Source: Dendrobates tinctorius (lineage: Eukaryota). From it: a stretch of 64,000 bases of DNA. Under the pieces are notes generated by a model. It saw nothing but the letters and a program-made list of their open reading frames with translations. It was not told the origin of the DNA and ran no database searches. The stretch lies in NCBI RefSeq assembly GCF_039654945.1, contig NW_027361960.1, forward strand, positions 17,484,001-17,548,000. Direction: 5' to 3'. Shown here piece after piece: positions 50,401 through 64,000 of this stretch (position 1 is its first letter; the number at the start of each line of letters is the position of its first letter). The translations under genes were made by a program, and so were the position numbers.

Positions 50401-53400
50401 AGGTGACTGAAGTAATGAATTCCACACGGAGCGCCTGCTTGGTGAAGCTAACAATACAAGAAGTGATTTATGTGGCCAGCGATTATGATCTTACAAGGTG
50501 CTACAGAGTCACGTGATATACGTCCAGGAGAGATAACCTCTGCACCAGTTAAAACCAGACAAGAGGCAGATCTCTCTCTAGTAGGAGAACATTAATCTTG
50601 CTTTTTCTCCAGGTACCAACTCATTCAGACTAAATCAAAATGTAAATCTCAAAGGAAAAAGTGCAGGCCAAGGGAAAAACATCAGCTCCAAGCAGTTTTG
50701 GAAAGAAGATAATGCATTGTACACAGAGGCTCAGTACATAACAGGAATAATGGAGCACAAAGCACGCAGCCACATACACATGCCACTACATCTACATCAT
50801 GACTTGTCATTGTGCTCTGCTTTCATACCAGAAACGGCAATATCATCTGCCAACAAAAGTGTTAGGCTGGGGCTTCAGAGTGCAAAATATTACTTAAAAG
50901 GGAATCTGCCAGCAGGTTTTTGCTGTGTAATGTGAAGACAGCATGCTGTAGGGGTTAAAAACACAGATTTCAGCTGATGCCTCACATGAACCTTCCTGGT
51001 TTTAATTACCTGCAATGATTGTTTTAGCACCAGGAGCTTGCCATTGCTAGGACACAGCAGCAGTGCATGCACGCTAGTCTGACCCGCCCCTTCCTGTGAT
51101 AGGCAGCTCACTGTCTATGGACATTGTATGTGGAGAGCCTTGTGTGGGTGGGGGCAGCTTTCTCAGCTCTGCTGTATTGCTAACTATAAAAACTGATTGT
51201 GTTAGAACAGCTGCACCCAGTAAACTAAGTGATATATCGTTGGACTACGCTTCTCTTTGCCTACATCAGGCTGTTTTCAAATGAGATAGAGAAAAAGTGC
51301 TAACAGATTCCTTTTAAATGGCCTGTGCAGATAGGCACTGTAAAATATGCAATTTACAATCAATGCACCATTCTCCCAATATTTCAATTCTTCTACTTCA
51401 TGATTTCCAGCTTGTTGCCAGCGAGTCTGGCCACTGCTGAGAACTAGGAGCTTTGGCTTTACAAGTGCAGTTCCTCTAACCAGTTTCCTTTCGTGGCTGG
51501 TGGAAGGTCACATACTAGGCCATGTGAGTTGGATCCTAACCCAGCCATCTCTCTACCAGTCCATAAATAGTAAAATTAGGAGTGCACACACTTGATTTTC
51601 CTGAGGTGCTAGCACAGTGGGAATGGGTTCCCAGAATACTAGAACAAATAGCCACTGCACATCCATTTCATGCAGAACCGTAGACGTTTATTCCAGTGGT
51701 ACAATCAGGTTTTGAAAATGAAACATTGGTTCATTGTAGCGACCATGAAGGAGACGGTTCAATACACAGAATCGTTATCAAACGTAACTATAGAGCAGAA
51801 ATAAGCCACAGGATTGGGGGGGACGTCTTAAAGGGCACTATAAAGCTTCTCTCTCTCGCCAGCCCAGCTGACTTATAAAGAATGGCTGCTGGGGTTCATT
51901 CATGACAATCACGCTCATTGTAGCAGGATGTAATGTTCACAGCACTTCTGATGCTGCAGAGACAGGCAAGGCTGCCTTATACAGCGGCGTCAGGAGTGTG
52001 CACACTCAGGCTAGATCATGAGACTGGTCTGACCTGTCAGGTGTAGGAGTGATCGCCCAAAAGCCAACCAGGATATCGGCAGGCTGAGCAGTGGGACACC
52101 ACTGAACCAAGTCTACCCGCAAGAGAAAATGACAGTAATACAAAAAAATACGTAGAAGGTAAGTTTATACTACTTTAAAAAATAAAAACAAGAACTGCAG
52201 GCATGAGATTCCTATACGGCGTGTTCACACACAGTGGTTTTTAAGCACATTTTAACTGTGGAGAGGAAAAAACCCTAAACAGTAGTGCTTTACTGAACCA
52301 GCAAGTGAATGCGTTTTCATAAATCTCATACTACTTTCCTTCCAGATTTGAACCGAAGCATTTTTACAAATCTGCAGCACGTCAATTCTTTCAGCGTTTT
52401 TGGAACATTTTTCAGCCAGATAAATGAAGAAAACGTGCACATTAAAATCAGGCAAACGCAGCCATTTTATGCAGTGCTCTTCTTGCAGCAGAAAAATCAG
52501 CTTACAGCCCAAACCCCATACACTTGGCTGGAAATGTAAGACGCTGCGTCTTTTGCGCACTGAAACTACGCAGTGTCAAGGACTCGTGGGGTGGGACGCT
52601 AACCGAAAAGTGAACTGAGGGCCCCCAACAAGATTAGGCACTGGCAAGTTACCGGGTCACTGTGTCTCCCCATGCTTCACTCAATGCATTCTCCCATCTA
52701 AATTCATTAGCGGCACATCACATCCATCATCCTGTTGTGATCGCTCCTAACAGCTGGCTGAAGTTAATTTTAATGCATTCCTCCCAGCCAGGTAAATTAA
52801 AGACTAGAGGTTTCCTTCCCCCTCACATATATAATCAAATGTAATTACTACAGTTGTAACAATGCTTTCCTCAGTCACATTCTACAAGTAAGCATAATGA
52901 AGATCTAAACATGCAGGTAGGCACAGCGGGCTGATCTGCACAGCAACATTAACAAATGTATTAACGCCAACCGACACTCACAGGTGCGGGATTGTGCGCC
53001 AACCGCTCGCTCAGCTGACGGATGCTGTGAAAGGCTTCACAGTGCTGATCCATTACAGTGGATGGAAAAGAAGATGAAATCAGAAGTATCACCCTTCAGC
53101 TACGCTGTGGGCTTGGGACCTCGAGAAGCCTTACAGAAGCCAGGATAGTAGCCCAAGTAAAGGCAGGTTTGGCCATCACACAATTTTGGGTACATTACAG
53201 TTTTAATGTCCAGTATGGACGGCTTTATCCCAAAACCCATGATCACGTGTGCACATGCTTTTCTACACAGGGAGTTTTCACGCTTTTGCCCATACAGTGT
53301 GACTTTCTGCAACACTTCACATATAGCTTATTTTAGTAAAAACTTGTTGCTGTTGTCACTTACGATGTTCATTTCACAAGAAGAGAAGCGACCTGTGGGC

Positions 53401-54000
53401 ATGGAAGCAATTATTCAGTCATCTTATGTTAATAGATTGGCGCGTTATCTGACAAATAAGCCTGCCTAAGAGAGGACCAGCCATTTCTACCGCTGCCGGC
53501 ATGAAGCCGAAGCACCAATGCCGGAATAAGCAAAGGCGTGAGGGGGGATAAATGATTATTTCTGGGGGACACCATAAGTGACCTTATCATGCTAAGTCAC
53601 ACCAAAAGCAGTACCCTACAGACTGGCAGGGCGCCAACCATTGGGTATGGGCACAGACAGGGCTATACTCGGCACCACCAAGCACACAATGGAAGGTCTG
53701 GAAACTCAGGATATTGGAAACTGGTTTGTTACAAGCTCACTTTCACCAACACCTACATGCTATTCTTATGTCCGTTTTTTACATCCGTATGGTATCAGTT
53801 CTAATGCAGTACAAAAAAAAAAAAAAAAAAAAAAAAGATTTCATACAGATCAACCATATAACAGTTTTACAGATACATTGCAAATCTTAGGCCCTTTCAC
53901 ACTGCATCCTTCATCATGTTCAGTGGGCCAGTCGGGGCCTATATTCAAATCCCCCTGCAAAATGGGTTTCAGGCATACGAGTCGACTGTGCCATTGACTA

Positions 54001-54343
54001 TAAGGCTGTGTTCACACACAGCGTTGGTTTAGCATTTTTTACCGCGGTTTTCACTATAAAACCGCTAAAAATAAGCTTCCCAGTCATTTGTATGCATTTT
54101 GCACTTTGTGCACATTGATGCGTTTTTTACTGCGAAAAAACCGCATTGCGGTAAAAACCGCAGCATGCACATTAATTTTGCGGATTTTTCCGCGATTTAG
54201 GCTTCTTCCATGTGGTTTGAAACCACTGCGGAAAAAAACGCATCAAAACCGCGCAAAAACCGCCGCTGAAAAATAGGTGCGGTTTCTGGGAAGGGATTCA
54301 GGTTTTTGAGCAGAAATTTTCTGCAACATGTGCACTTAGCTTA
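54001..54343. mobile_element. Harbinger-type MITE (same family as 36854-37216)
   Basis: taa-ggctgtgttcacacacagcg ... atgtgcacttagct-taa. Confidence 0.85.
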
Positions 54344-54817
54344 AGGCTATGATCACACGTTGCATTTTTTAAAATGCATTTTTAATTCAAATCTTCAAAC
54401 GCGTTTTACAGTGACGGCAAAGTCTGAGATTTTAGAAATCTCATGCACACAGCTTATTTTTTTTGTCCCCAGTATTTTGTGCAATACCTTGGTTTTTGCC
54501 AAATGCAGCATGTCACTTTCAGCATTCTTCCCCCATTCAAAGCACTGGGTGGTGCAAAAAACACTGGGGAAAAAAAAACACCCGTATCCATTTTTGAGTT
54601 TGAGGTTTTTGTGCCAAATCCTGATGAAGTAGAATCAGATTTTTTTATGCACTAAACTTTATCACTATGCACAAGAGACAAAATGTACCCTAACAAAAAC
54701 GTAACAAAATACAACAAAACCTGCTTTTTGGAGGCAGGTTTATTACTGCCAAGAGCAGGTTTTAGCTTAAGAAATAAACGCAACGCTGGCGCAGACTCAG
54801 TCACTGAGTGCTCTGTC

Positions 54818-55552
54818 GTGCACCATTTTTGGTCGTATATGCCATCTGGAAGCGGTCTACTACGTCTGGGTGTCCACCTCCAGTAGGCGCGCACACACAA
54901 AAAAAGATGCACAACAGTAGACAGTGACACAGTCTGCACCTTTAGGCTAAGTGCACACGTAGCAGTGCACCATTTTTGGTCGTATATGCCATCTGGAAGC
55001 GGTCTACTACGTCTGGGTGTCCACCTCCAGTAGGCGCGCACACACAAAAAAAGATGCACAACAGTAGACAGTGACACAGTCTGCACCTTTAGGCTAAGTG
55101 CACACGTAGCAGTGCACCATTTTTGGTCGTATATGCCATCTGGAAGCGGTCTACTACGTCTGGGTGTCCACCTCCAGTAGGCGCACACACACAAAAAAAG
55201 ATGCACAACAGTAGACAGTGACACAGTCTGCACCTTTAGGCTAAGTGCACACGTAGCAGTGCACCATTTTTGGTCGTATATGCCATCTGGAAGCGGTCTA
55301 CTACGTCTGGGTGTCCACCTCCAGTAGGCGCACACACACAAAAAAAGATGCACAACAGTAGACAGTGACACAGTCTGCACCTTTAGGCTAAGTGCACACG
55401 TAGCAGTGCACCATTTTTGGTCGTATATGCCATCTGGAAGCGGTCTACTACGTCTGGGTGTCCACCTCCAGTAGGCGCGCACACACAAAAAAAGATGCAC
55501 AACAGTAGACAGTGACACAGTCTGCACCTTTAGGCTAAGTGCACACGTAGCA
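54818..55552. repeat. 147-bp tandem repeat, exactly 5 copies
   Basis: Unit starts at 54818, 54965, 55112, 55259, 55406. Copies are identical except for one G/A site. Confidence 0.97.
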
Positions 55553-55858
55553 GAAAATTTCTGCGGGAAAACCTGACTCCCTTCCCAGAAACCGTGCGTT
55601 TTTTTCTGCGCAAAAAATGTGCGGTTTATGCGTTTTTTTCCGAGCGTTTTCAAGACGCATAGAAATAGCCAGAAACGCGGAAAAATCCACGAAATTAATG
55701 AGCATGCTGCGTTTACCGCGAAGCATTTTTTTTTCGCGGTAAAAAACGCATCAATATGCATAAAAAGTGCAAAATGCATAGAAATGAATGGGAAGCTTAT
55801 TTTTAGCGGTTTTATTGGGAAAACCGCTAAAAAAACGCTGTGTGTGAACACAGCCTTA
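55531..55858. mobile_element. Harbinger-type MITE, inverted relative to 54001-54343
   Basis: ggctaagtgcacacgtagcag ... tgtgtgaacacagcc-tta. Confidence 0.85.
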
Positions 55859-56574
55859 TAATCATAGGCCACGTTTGCACATATGTCCAAAGTACAATAT
55901 CTGTTTAACAGGGGGCACTGAAAATATGGTCATATATTGACAGCACCAGCTGAGGAGCAGGTGAAAAGCTCCCACAACATCTGCACAGCTTCTCCTTGGG
56001 ATGCCAGATACAATCAGGTCTAGGTAAGGCTGCTGTTATACTGACAAATGAGTGGCTGTGTTTGGAGGGAGCGCAGTATTTCTATTCCGTTATTGGAACA
56101 CCACAGCGTACAGATGGTATCTATCGTACACGAGCTTTCAGGAATGCACAAATCTCCTCTTCATATGTTAAATAAGGGATCTGTGTGGTATGAAAGGCTC
56201 ATGATAATACCATCTGTATATAATTTTGCTGTTGGCCCAATAGAAAAAAATATTCAACCAAAACGAAAGCTACAGCAACACGATAATCCAAGGAGCTGAT
56301 GAAATAGTATAAAAAATGGTGTGTTCATGGGAATTCATGTATCAACTACTAGTTACTGTAATGATATCTATTCTCAGGGCCACCACATACAAGTCGCCAA
56401 AATAGACTGCCCTCACAAAATCAGAACCCGATACAGGACGCCTCTCACTGAGCCGAATACTGTAATAGTCTACGGCCCGCTGAATATCCATTCTCACCAA
56501 TTAGAAGCCTCTAGGTTAAATCCACAAGTATCACCACAAATTTGCCAGTAAAAAAAAGCCACGATTCCTTTCCA

Positions 56575-57200
56575 TATGAACTTCCAATAGGATCAGCCCT
56601 TAGACAACTACATGGGCATGTAGGTCATAGGAAGCTGAAAACGGTACCTTGATACCTGCAACCCGATGTCTTATTCCAGAGAAAGCCATGTTTTTCTTAT
56701 ATGTAAAATGAGCTGTTCAGGACTATGGGCCGGACACTGATCTGCATGAGAATCTGCCTCCAAAGATTATAATAAAATTGGGCATTACCAGTGTGAGACA
56801 TAGAACACAGAACAGCAGAACTGAACTTCGTCTCATAGCAAACTTTAGCAGCTGCAGCTCTTTCAACTCTGCTGTAGTACACCATCATCACACTGTCTGC
56901 CTGTGAGGTGGGAGCTGAAGCAGAGATGTGTCAGTTATAATCACACACAGCTCTGCAGTGAGATCAGAAGAGCAGAGAGCGGCCATTACACATCACACTG
57001 GGAATTCCATATGTAAAATTAGCTCTAGAGGCAGATTCTCATACACATCAGTGTCCGACCCATAGTTCTGAACAACTCATACATATATGAAAAGCATGGC
57101 TCTCAGAAATAAAACATAGGATCACAGATATTAAGGCATCATTGTGTTCATCTTCCCATGACCTGCAAAGGAGGGTTGATCCTACTGAAAGATTCCATCT
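56575..57200. mobile_element. Palindromic T2-type MITE, older
   Basis: actatgggccggacactgatctgcatgagaatctgcctc is mirrored by gaggcagattctcatacacatcagtgtccgacccatagt. Confidence 0.65.
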
Positions 57201-57964
57201 AAGCCAGCCAAATTAGATGTTGGCTGAACAATAATTTGGCTGATCATTTGGAATACAGCTATATCTGCTCTCTACAATACACAGTGACACTTCTGTATTC
57301 ACTATGAGAAAGTGATCAACAGTCATCTCTGCCGGCAGCCTATCTCAGGGAGAACATTGCAAACAGTCCGAAATTGGCCATGACCAAATGACATTCCCCC
57401 GACAATCGGATGACTGGTGCCCCCACATGTTGATATCAGCGGATTCGGACAACAGTCTAATGTACCTATATGCCTGTGTTCAGATCAGGAAGTCCACAGT
57501 CAGGGCTTGCTGCCATCGGATCACGATCGGACAGAAAAAAAAGGCAGCATGCTGCGATTTCATGCCAAACTCGTATTGCACGCACCCATATAAGTCTATG
57601 GGCGCATGTGAAACATTATACTGCACTCTGATATCACCTGAGTGCAGCGAATTTCACGCTGATGCCGGCAACAAAGGAGATGGAGAAATTTATCCGTCTC
57701 CTTCACAGCTGGATGCAACAGGATCGGAGAAAAGAGTACTGACACTCATCTCACGCTCGCAGCAGAGGAGAGCCCTCACATCGGAGGGATTCACTAGTGG
57801 GACCCCGGCCTCAGTCCGGAAATTGCAGAAAACACACAGATACTGAAATGTGGATGTGTGAAGTCATTCTTACTGTGAAGCCAAACAATTCTCAAAACCT
57901 CTGTGTCTCAAAAGATTAAAGTGAACTAGAGCACGTACTGAGCATGTGCAAAGGTCATTGTGAC

Positions 57965-59023
57965 TTAAGCCCCCGTCACACACAACGATCTCGCTAGCGA
58001 GATCGCTGCTGAGTCACAAGTTTTGTGATCGTTGATCGTCCTGGAATGGCCAGGACATTTTTTTGATCGCTGGTCTCCCGCTGTTCAGCACGCATCGCTG
58101 CGTGTGACAGGCGGTAGACCAGCGATCAGCACGCTGGTAACTAAGGTAAACGCAGTGTTTCTAAGCAGCGTGCGGTGCTTAGAAACCCTCTGTGTACCCT
58201 TAGTTACCAGCGCGCTGATGCAGGGAGCCGCTAATCAAGGTACACATGGGGTTTCTAAGTGACGCGCGCTGCTTAGAAACCCGATGTGTACCTTAGTTAC
58301 CAGCTCCCTGCATCAGCACGCTGGTAACTAACGTACACAGCGACGTGCCCGCTCGGCGTCACTGGTGCTGATCGCTGGTGAAGCTGCCTGTTTGGCAGCT
58401 CACCAGCGATCATGTAGCGACTCACCAGCGATCCTGACAAGTTGATATCGTTGTCAATATCGCTGGTGCGTCGCTATGTGTGACGGGGCCCTTAGGCCCC
58501 CGTCACACATAGCGACGCACCAGCGATCTCGACAACAATATGACCTTGTCAGGATCGCTGGTGTGTCGCTACATGATCGCTGGTGAGCTGTCAAACAGGC
58601 AGATCTCAGCAGCGATCAGGACAGCGATGACAAGCGCACACGTTGCTTAGTTACCCGCTGTGTACCTTAGATACCAGCATGCTGGTGCAGGGAAACCCGC
58701 TGTTTACCTTGGATACCAGCTCCCAGCACGCTGGTATCTAAGGTACACAGCGGGTAACTAAGTGACACGCGCCCTTGGTTACACACGGTTTATCTTGGAT
58801 ACCAGCTCGCTGATCTCCCGCCTGCCACACGCAGCGATGAGTGCTGGCGAGTGGGAGACCAACGATCAAAAAAATGTCCAGGGCTTTCGAGCACGATCAG
58901 CTATACCCGGCAGGGGGCCGATCACTGATACGTGTCACACACAGCGATATCGCTGGGGAGATCGCTGTTGCGTCACAAAACTTGTGACTCAGCAGCGATC
59001 TCGCTGTGTGTGACGGGGGCTTA
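57965..59023. mobile_element. Pair of related Harbinger-type MITEs in inverted, abutting arrangement (junction ~58492)
   Basis: taagcccccgtcacacac ... gtgtgacggggccc-tta-ggcccccgtcacac ... gtgtgacgggggctta. Confidence 0.85.
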
Positions 59024-62000
59024 AAGGGACAAATGTCACAAACTACTATGAATGGTAGATTGTGTAATTGAGGTGTTACCTTTCCATGTAACCCTGCCTC
59101 TGATGATAATAAGACTGCTGAAAAGTCATTCTTACATCACAGGCAGGAGGAGTCCAAAATAGCCCAAGTGGCCAGACTAAACATTGTTAAAACAAACATT
59201 AATAGGAAATAAGAAAAAAATGTATTTCAAAATATTTTTAAAAATGAATTTAACACAAACCTGATTTAAACAAGAAGTAATTTTTTGATGATACATTCAC
59301 TTTATATATTTCACCGAACAAGAAACATGCCCTCCATAATACAGCTGTAAATACCCTTCTGGGCGCAGTTATGTTAAAGGGGTGTGTGCGCTTTATGGCA
59401 GTTGCAATGAATGGAGTAAATTCCCCGCCCCCATATCAGCACAGTGTTCTGTAAACACACAGAGGGGTCACCATTCTGAAAAACAGTACGTGTCCTGTCC
59501 ACTTTATCTCAAGGGCAACCCAAATACTTAAGGAAAATAGCACAACATAAGTGGGGTTTTCAGTACTAAACGGGTGACAAATCCTTATAATGGGTTATCA
59601 CTAGATCGGTGGGGTCTGATACCACCGCCGGCAGCTAGAGGAGCAGTGTATGGACGGAGTACATATCCAGTAGTACTGCTCTTTTTAGAGCTGATTTGCA
59701 GTACCAGTTAGCAGCCACTAAACAGTATGGCGGTGCTATTCAGCTCACATCTGCCCACCGCCAGCGATAACTGATCCGGGGGGATACTGGGCGTCAGACC
59801 CCAATCTTACATTCAGCAATGTAAAAATAGTGGCCAACCCCTATCAAGTATCAAGGGAGGAAGTAAGCTGCTGGTTACATTTCTGGATGTTATTTTCCTT
59901 TACAAAAAACGAGGTTAGCCTCTTCGCATTTTAGAACATAGTATATTACTACATTTCTTTGAACGTTTAAAGAGTTCTTGGAGAAACACACACATGCCCC
60001 CAAATGTCAAAACAGAAAATTCAGCCAGCCAGGAGGAAAAATACACAGTGCATGGGAATTTTTCAGTGTATTTGTGGCCAAAATCTCCCGTCCACACTGC
60101 CAGTAAAGTAACCCGCAGCGGATTTTCCATGCACGTCTCGCCTGCATGCATGCAACACTCCATCTTCCATTTATATAGACTGCTCTGGTGTCATTTGGTG
60201 GTGATCTACAGGCTTGGGTGCACGGAGTTAATCCTTGCTGATCCAGGCTTTTCATGCTACTTTACCTTTAAGACCCTGGTGGCACAGGAGGCCGGATCCC
60301 CCCAAACACATTAAAGCATGCGCCTCTGCCAGATTTCTTTTACACCCTGCACTCCAGAGATGTTGCTTTTTATATAAATAAAAAACCTGTTTCAGGCCAT
60401 TCATCTGAACTAAGTAGGCCAAAATATCCTCCGATTCCCGTGTTCTTCTCAATGTCGAAATGGGTGGATAAATTTAAAGCCTGCTCTCTGAAGAGTTGCT
60501 TTATAGGCAATTTTCTACCAGTATCAAGGTCTGCAATTTCCATTTGGCTGCCAGTTTGCGATTAAATTCATCACCTTTATTATAAAAATGCGCTTCACTC
60601 CATGGCCTGCTGCACAAGCATTGTAAGGAAGCCATTTTTCACTGCTAACGGCTGCATCATTCTCCGGCAGCCACCACATCCATTCAGGCATTAGCTGCTC
60701 CAACCTGATGCAGGAGGCCTATCACTCATAGCAGACAAATCCGTAACAATTGTATACCCTGGAGAAGCCAAATTCTGCACAGGCGGCATCTTTCAGCTCG
60801 GCTTTCTGGAGGCCTGCCATATACAAGCCTCTCCTAAAAAGCTGCAAAAAGCACTCGCATCAGGCAACATTACACAGACAACAGAAAATTAATATTCACT
60901 ATCCATCCTGAACTCATCACTTGTCCGACATCACGCAGAAGGCGATAATTCTTCAAGGTGCTAATGAGCACCTGTATTTTCCGGGAGAAGTCATGAATGC
61001 AGTACGGCGATGTTACGAAATTAATCCTCTAATCATGCTGAAAAGAGAATTTCCAGACACTGAAAGGCTGAAGACACTGACATATAATGGCATCCTCCTG
61101 CACACAATTATATGGAAGGGTATACCATGCCATCGGCGGTGAGTGCGTCTCCTGGAGGGCTACCCATCTGTTCCCAGCAGTGCCAACTGGAGCAGGACAC
61201 TCAGATCCAGCAAAAAGGTAAAAAGAGGACATCTGGTGACTGACAGGCATCATGAAATTCTGGCACGCGTAGTGATGTGGCTTGGTTGGAACCCTAGGAC
61301 CCCATGTATTGGTCACCACACTGCTCTGAAGTGTGCAGCCCCTGCAGGGTCATGTGAGCAGAGTGGTGGACCGGCTCAATACCTTACTGCGCTGCCAGCT
61401 GTAGTATTAATAATCTGCTGATAAAACACTGATTTTCTCAGAAGAGGACCAGTTAACCCGCTTCCATGTAGTCATCTATATTCATAAGATCATCCCCACC
61501 ACTAATTAGCGGCTTTCTGCCTATGCACAGCACATACAGAACGCTGTCAATCAGTGGCATGGGCAGAGTTTACAGTGAGCTCAGCATCAGATAACTGGTA
61601 GATCTGCCACAGAAAAAAAAATGGGTTTTAGCAAAACTATGGCAAAAAGTGATACATAGCTAAAATCAGGGCCTCTGTTCCTACATCACAAGGCTTTCAA
61701 CATGGGGTAGCAAAAAACTGCAGACAGATTCCCACTAAATCAAGTAGACAACTAATTCATTGTTGAATTAGATTCGATATGTTAAACATCACCATGTGAT
61801 TGAGGGTGTCCCAAAAGTCCACACCAGCGCTCCAAAGGGCGGCTGCCCTGAAATGGTTTACCAGGAAGCTGAATGAATCATTAACGGAAGAAAAATACAC
61901 ATCCAGATACCATGGATTATTATTACTGTCATGCACGCGACTGGAGAAGCCTGTCAGGCTATATGCAGAGCCTGGTAAAACACAACTGCTGTGGATTTAT

Positions 62001-62278
62001 CAATGAATGACGGAGAACATGATTACCACTTACGAGGAGGCCTCATACACCGTGCCATGTTCTACTCAGCGCTGTAGTGGGATTTTACTGTAAACCACTG
62101 TACAACCTCCAATATCACACACAGATCTGTCAGACTATCGCTTCTAGGGGAAAACGACCCTTACAGCATGGCACCACACACCAGCCCGTGCAGGGCAATG
62201 TGTCCTGGCATGTCTCAGATACATCAGTATGTTATCCAGAAAAGAAACGTACCGTAACAGGGTCCATTCACATCAAGG

Positions 62279-63180
62279 CTAATACAGCACAGTACAAAAA
62301 GAGGACTTGAAAATCCTCCAATAATGGAAAACAGCAAGAGAACAACAAAGTTTACCCATACAGGCCTCCAAACAAATGCACTATCAGGATGCAGTGGACC
62401 CATATAATAAAGATAGCAACACAGGTGCAAAAATACCAATCAAGCAACTGCTCCAGCCTACCAATACATGGAGGGGGCGATTGCCTGGTATGTTGATGCA
62501 CAAAACAACTTGTATGCGGCGCTGTTCACACTAAGGCCATGCACAGCATCCAGGCCAGCCTAGTACCAACACCCTTCTATTAGCTCAGGCGGGCTGGCCC
62601 AGCACTAACAAAATGCATGCTGTGTGAACAGACACCGCAGTTTACAAGACCAAATGGGCCCAGCTGCACCCCGAATAAAAAGTGCAAAAAACACATTTAA
62701 AAAAATGTGGAGTATTAGCTGATATTTTGGCCAAAATACGTGAGCCCGTAACCTACGTCAAAGATCTCCATGTTTACGGGTACCTAACACTAAATACTAA
62801 TACAGCACCGTATGTGTTTTTTGCACTTTTTATTCAGGGTGCAGCTGGGCCCATTTGGTCTTGTAAGCTGCGGTGTCTGTTCACATGACATGCATTTTGA
62901 TAGTGCTGGGCCAGCCCGCCTGAGCTAATAGAAGGGTGTTGGTACTCGGCTGGCCTGGATGCTGTGCATGGCCTTAGTGTGAACAGCGCCGCATACAAGT
63001 TGTTTTGTGCATCAACATACCAGGCAATCGCCCCCTCCATGTATTGGTAGGCTGCGAGCAGTTGCTTGATTGGTATTTTTGCACCTGTGTTGCCATCTTT
63101 ATTATATGGGTCCACTGAATCCTGATAGTGCATTTGTTTGGAGGCCTGTACAGGTAAACCTTGTTGTTCGCTTGCTGTTT
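62279..63180. mobile_element. ~900-bp fold-back insertion flanked by a 16-bp direct repeat
   Basis: TCCATTCACATCAAGG at 62263-62278 and 63181-63196. Arms ~62325-62697 and ~62812-63184 are high-identity reverse complements. Confidence 0.85.
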
Positions 63181-64000
63181 TCCATTCACATCAAGGAAAA
63201 GGCGTGGAGGAGTCACTACGCTCGTAAAGTATAGAAGCCCCCACACACACCAAAGTAATGGACAATATTAACCAAAACAATCATTTTTTGGGTACAAAAG
63301 TAAACATCTTTCTTTTTCAGCCAAAAGAACTTTTGTTCAAACAAAAATGGTTGGTCCATGAATAAGCTTTCATTGAAAGGCTATGCCAAGAAGGTCCTTT
63401 TGTTGCCCGAAGACACCGACCATGTATGGCCAAACTGAAGGATTATACACAGGTAAAATGGTTGCGTTGGCCCCACAATTGTTCATCCAGTATAGCGGCA
63501 CATAAGCCAAGAAATGGTGCAATCCTTATTTAGACCGGTGGCAATTACAATAAGCAGAAGAGTTTGCCGGCGCTCACGGGTAATGGGTGTCTTGCCTGTT
63601 CTTGTACTTCTACTTGCCGGAGAATAAGGCCTAGAAGCATGGGAACACGCAGAGGAACCACTGTCAGTGCATCGTGCCAGATGGTGCCATCATTTCTTGG
63701 CTTCCATGTAGATATTTTTACTCCTGAGGATTGTTCTCCAATATTTTTGTCATCACCCCATGGGATATACTGTTATACGTTCCCGCTGCTTCTACCAGTG
63801 CTGGTTTTGCTGCGTATTTGGTGGCTGAACACTTGCATGTGTATGGGCCCTTTGGAAAGGTGGGTTTTCATGAAGTTGGGTACCCCAAAGGGCCGGATAA
63901 CAGGACACCATTTCGCCATGTGCTACCCATTTCACCAATGTTATTGACTAGACCAGTTTGCACATCTCTGGCTCTGTGTGTCTGCTCCATGACCGCTGTA

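Noticed and set aside
54818-55552. CRISPR-like periodicity
   Set aside because: Units are identical end to end with no unique spacers, there are no cas genes, and the context is a vertebrate intron.
54652-55890. 412-aa ORF with 49-aa repeats
   Set aside because: Product of the 147-bp tandem array and MITE sequence. No domain resemblance.
63564-63947. 127-aa ORF near the window end
   Set aside because: No recognisable domain in the frames I examined, and it is not QKI exon 1.

Overview
Vertebrate genomic DNA, most likely a frog (inferred from the QKI exon sequence and the TTAA-targeting T2/Kolobok and TWA-targeting Harbinger-type MITE landscape). The whole window lies inside the quaking (qki) gene on the minus strand. 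It contains coding exon 2 (36281-36133, 149 nt) and exon 3 (3482-3366, 117 nt), a 32.65 kb intron 2, more than 27 kb of intron 1 and 3.3 kb of intron 3. Almost every other ORF in the track is a repeat artefact. The introns hold a near-intact 1.2 kb DD36E (Incomer-type) Tc1/mariner element with one frameshift, decayed Tc1 copies, many palindromic MITEs, and 81-bp and 147-bp tandem arrays. The most unusual signal is a set of fold-back, Penelope/retrozyme-like insertions carrying minimal hammerhead-ribozyme motifs (canonical CUGANGA and U3-A8 variants), several on the qki sense strand. One hammerhead sits beside a CTCF-like + octamer + SPH-like module reminiscent of newt satellite 2, inside a ~2 kb fold-back inverted duplication. 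Repeat boundaries were read by eye and are approximate unless TIRs/TSDs are quoted.
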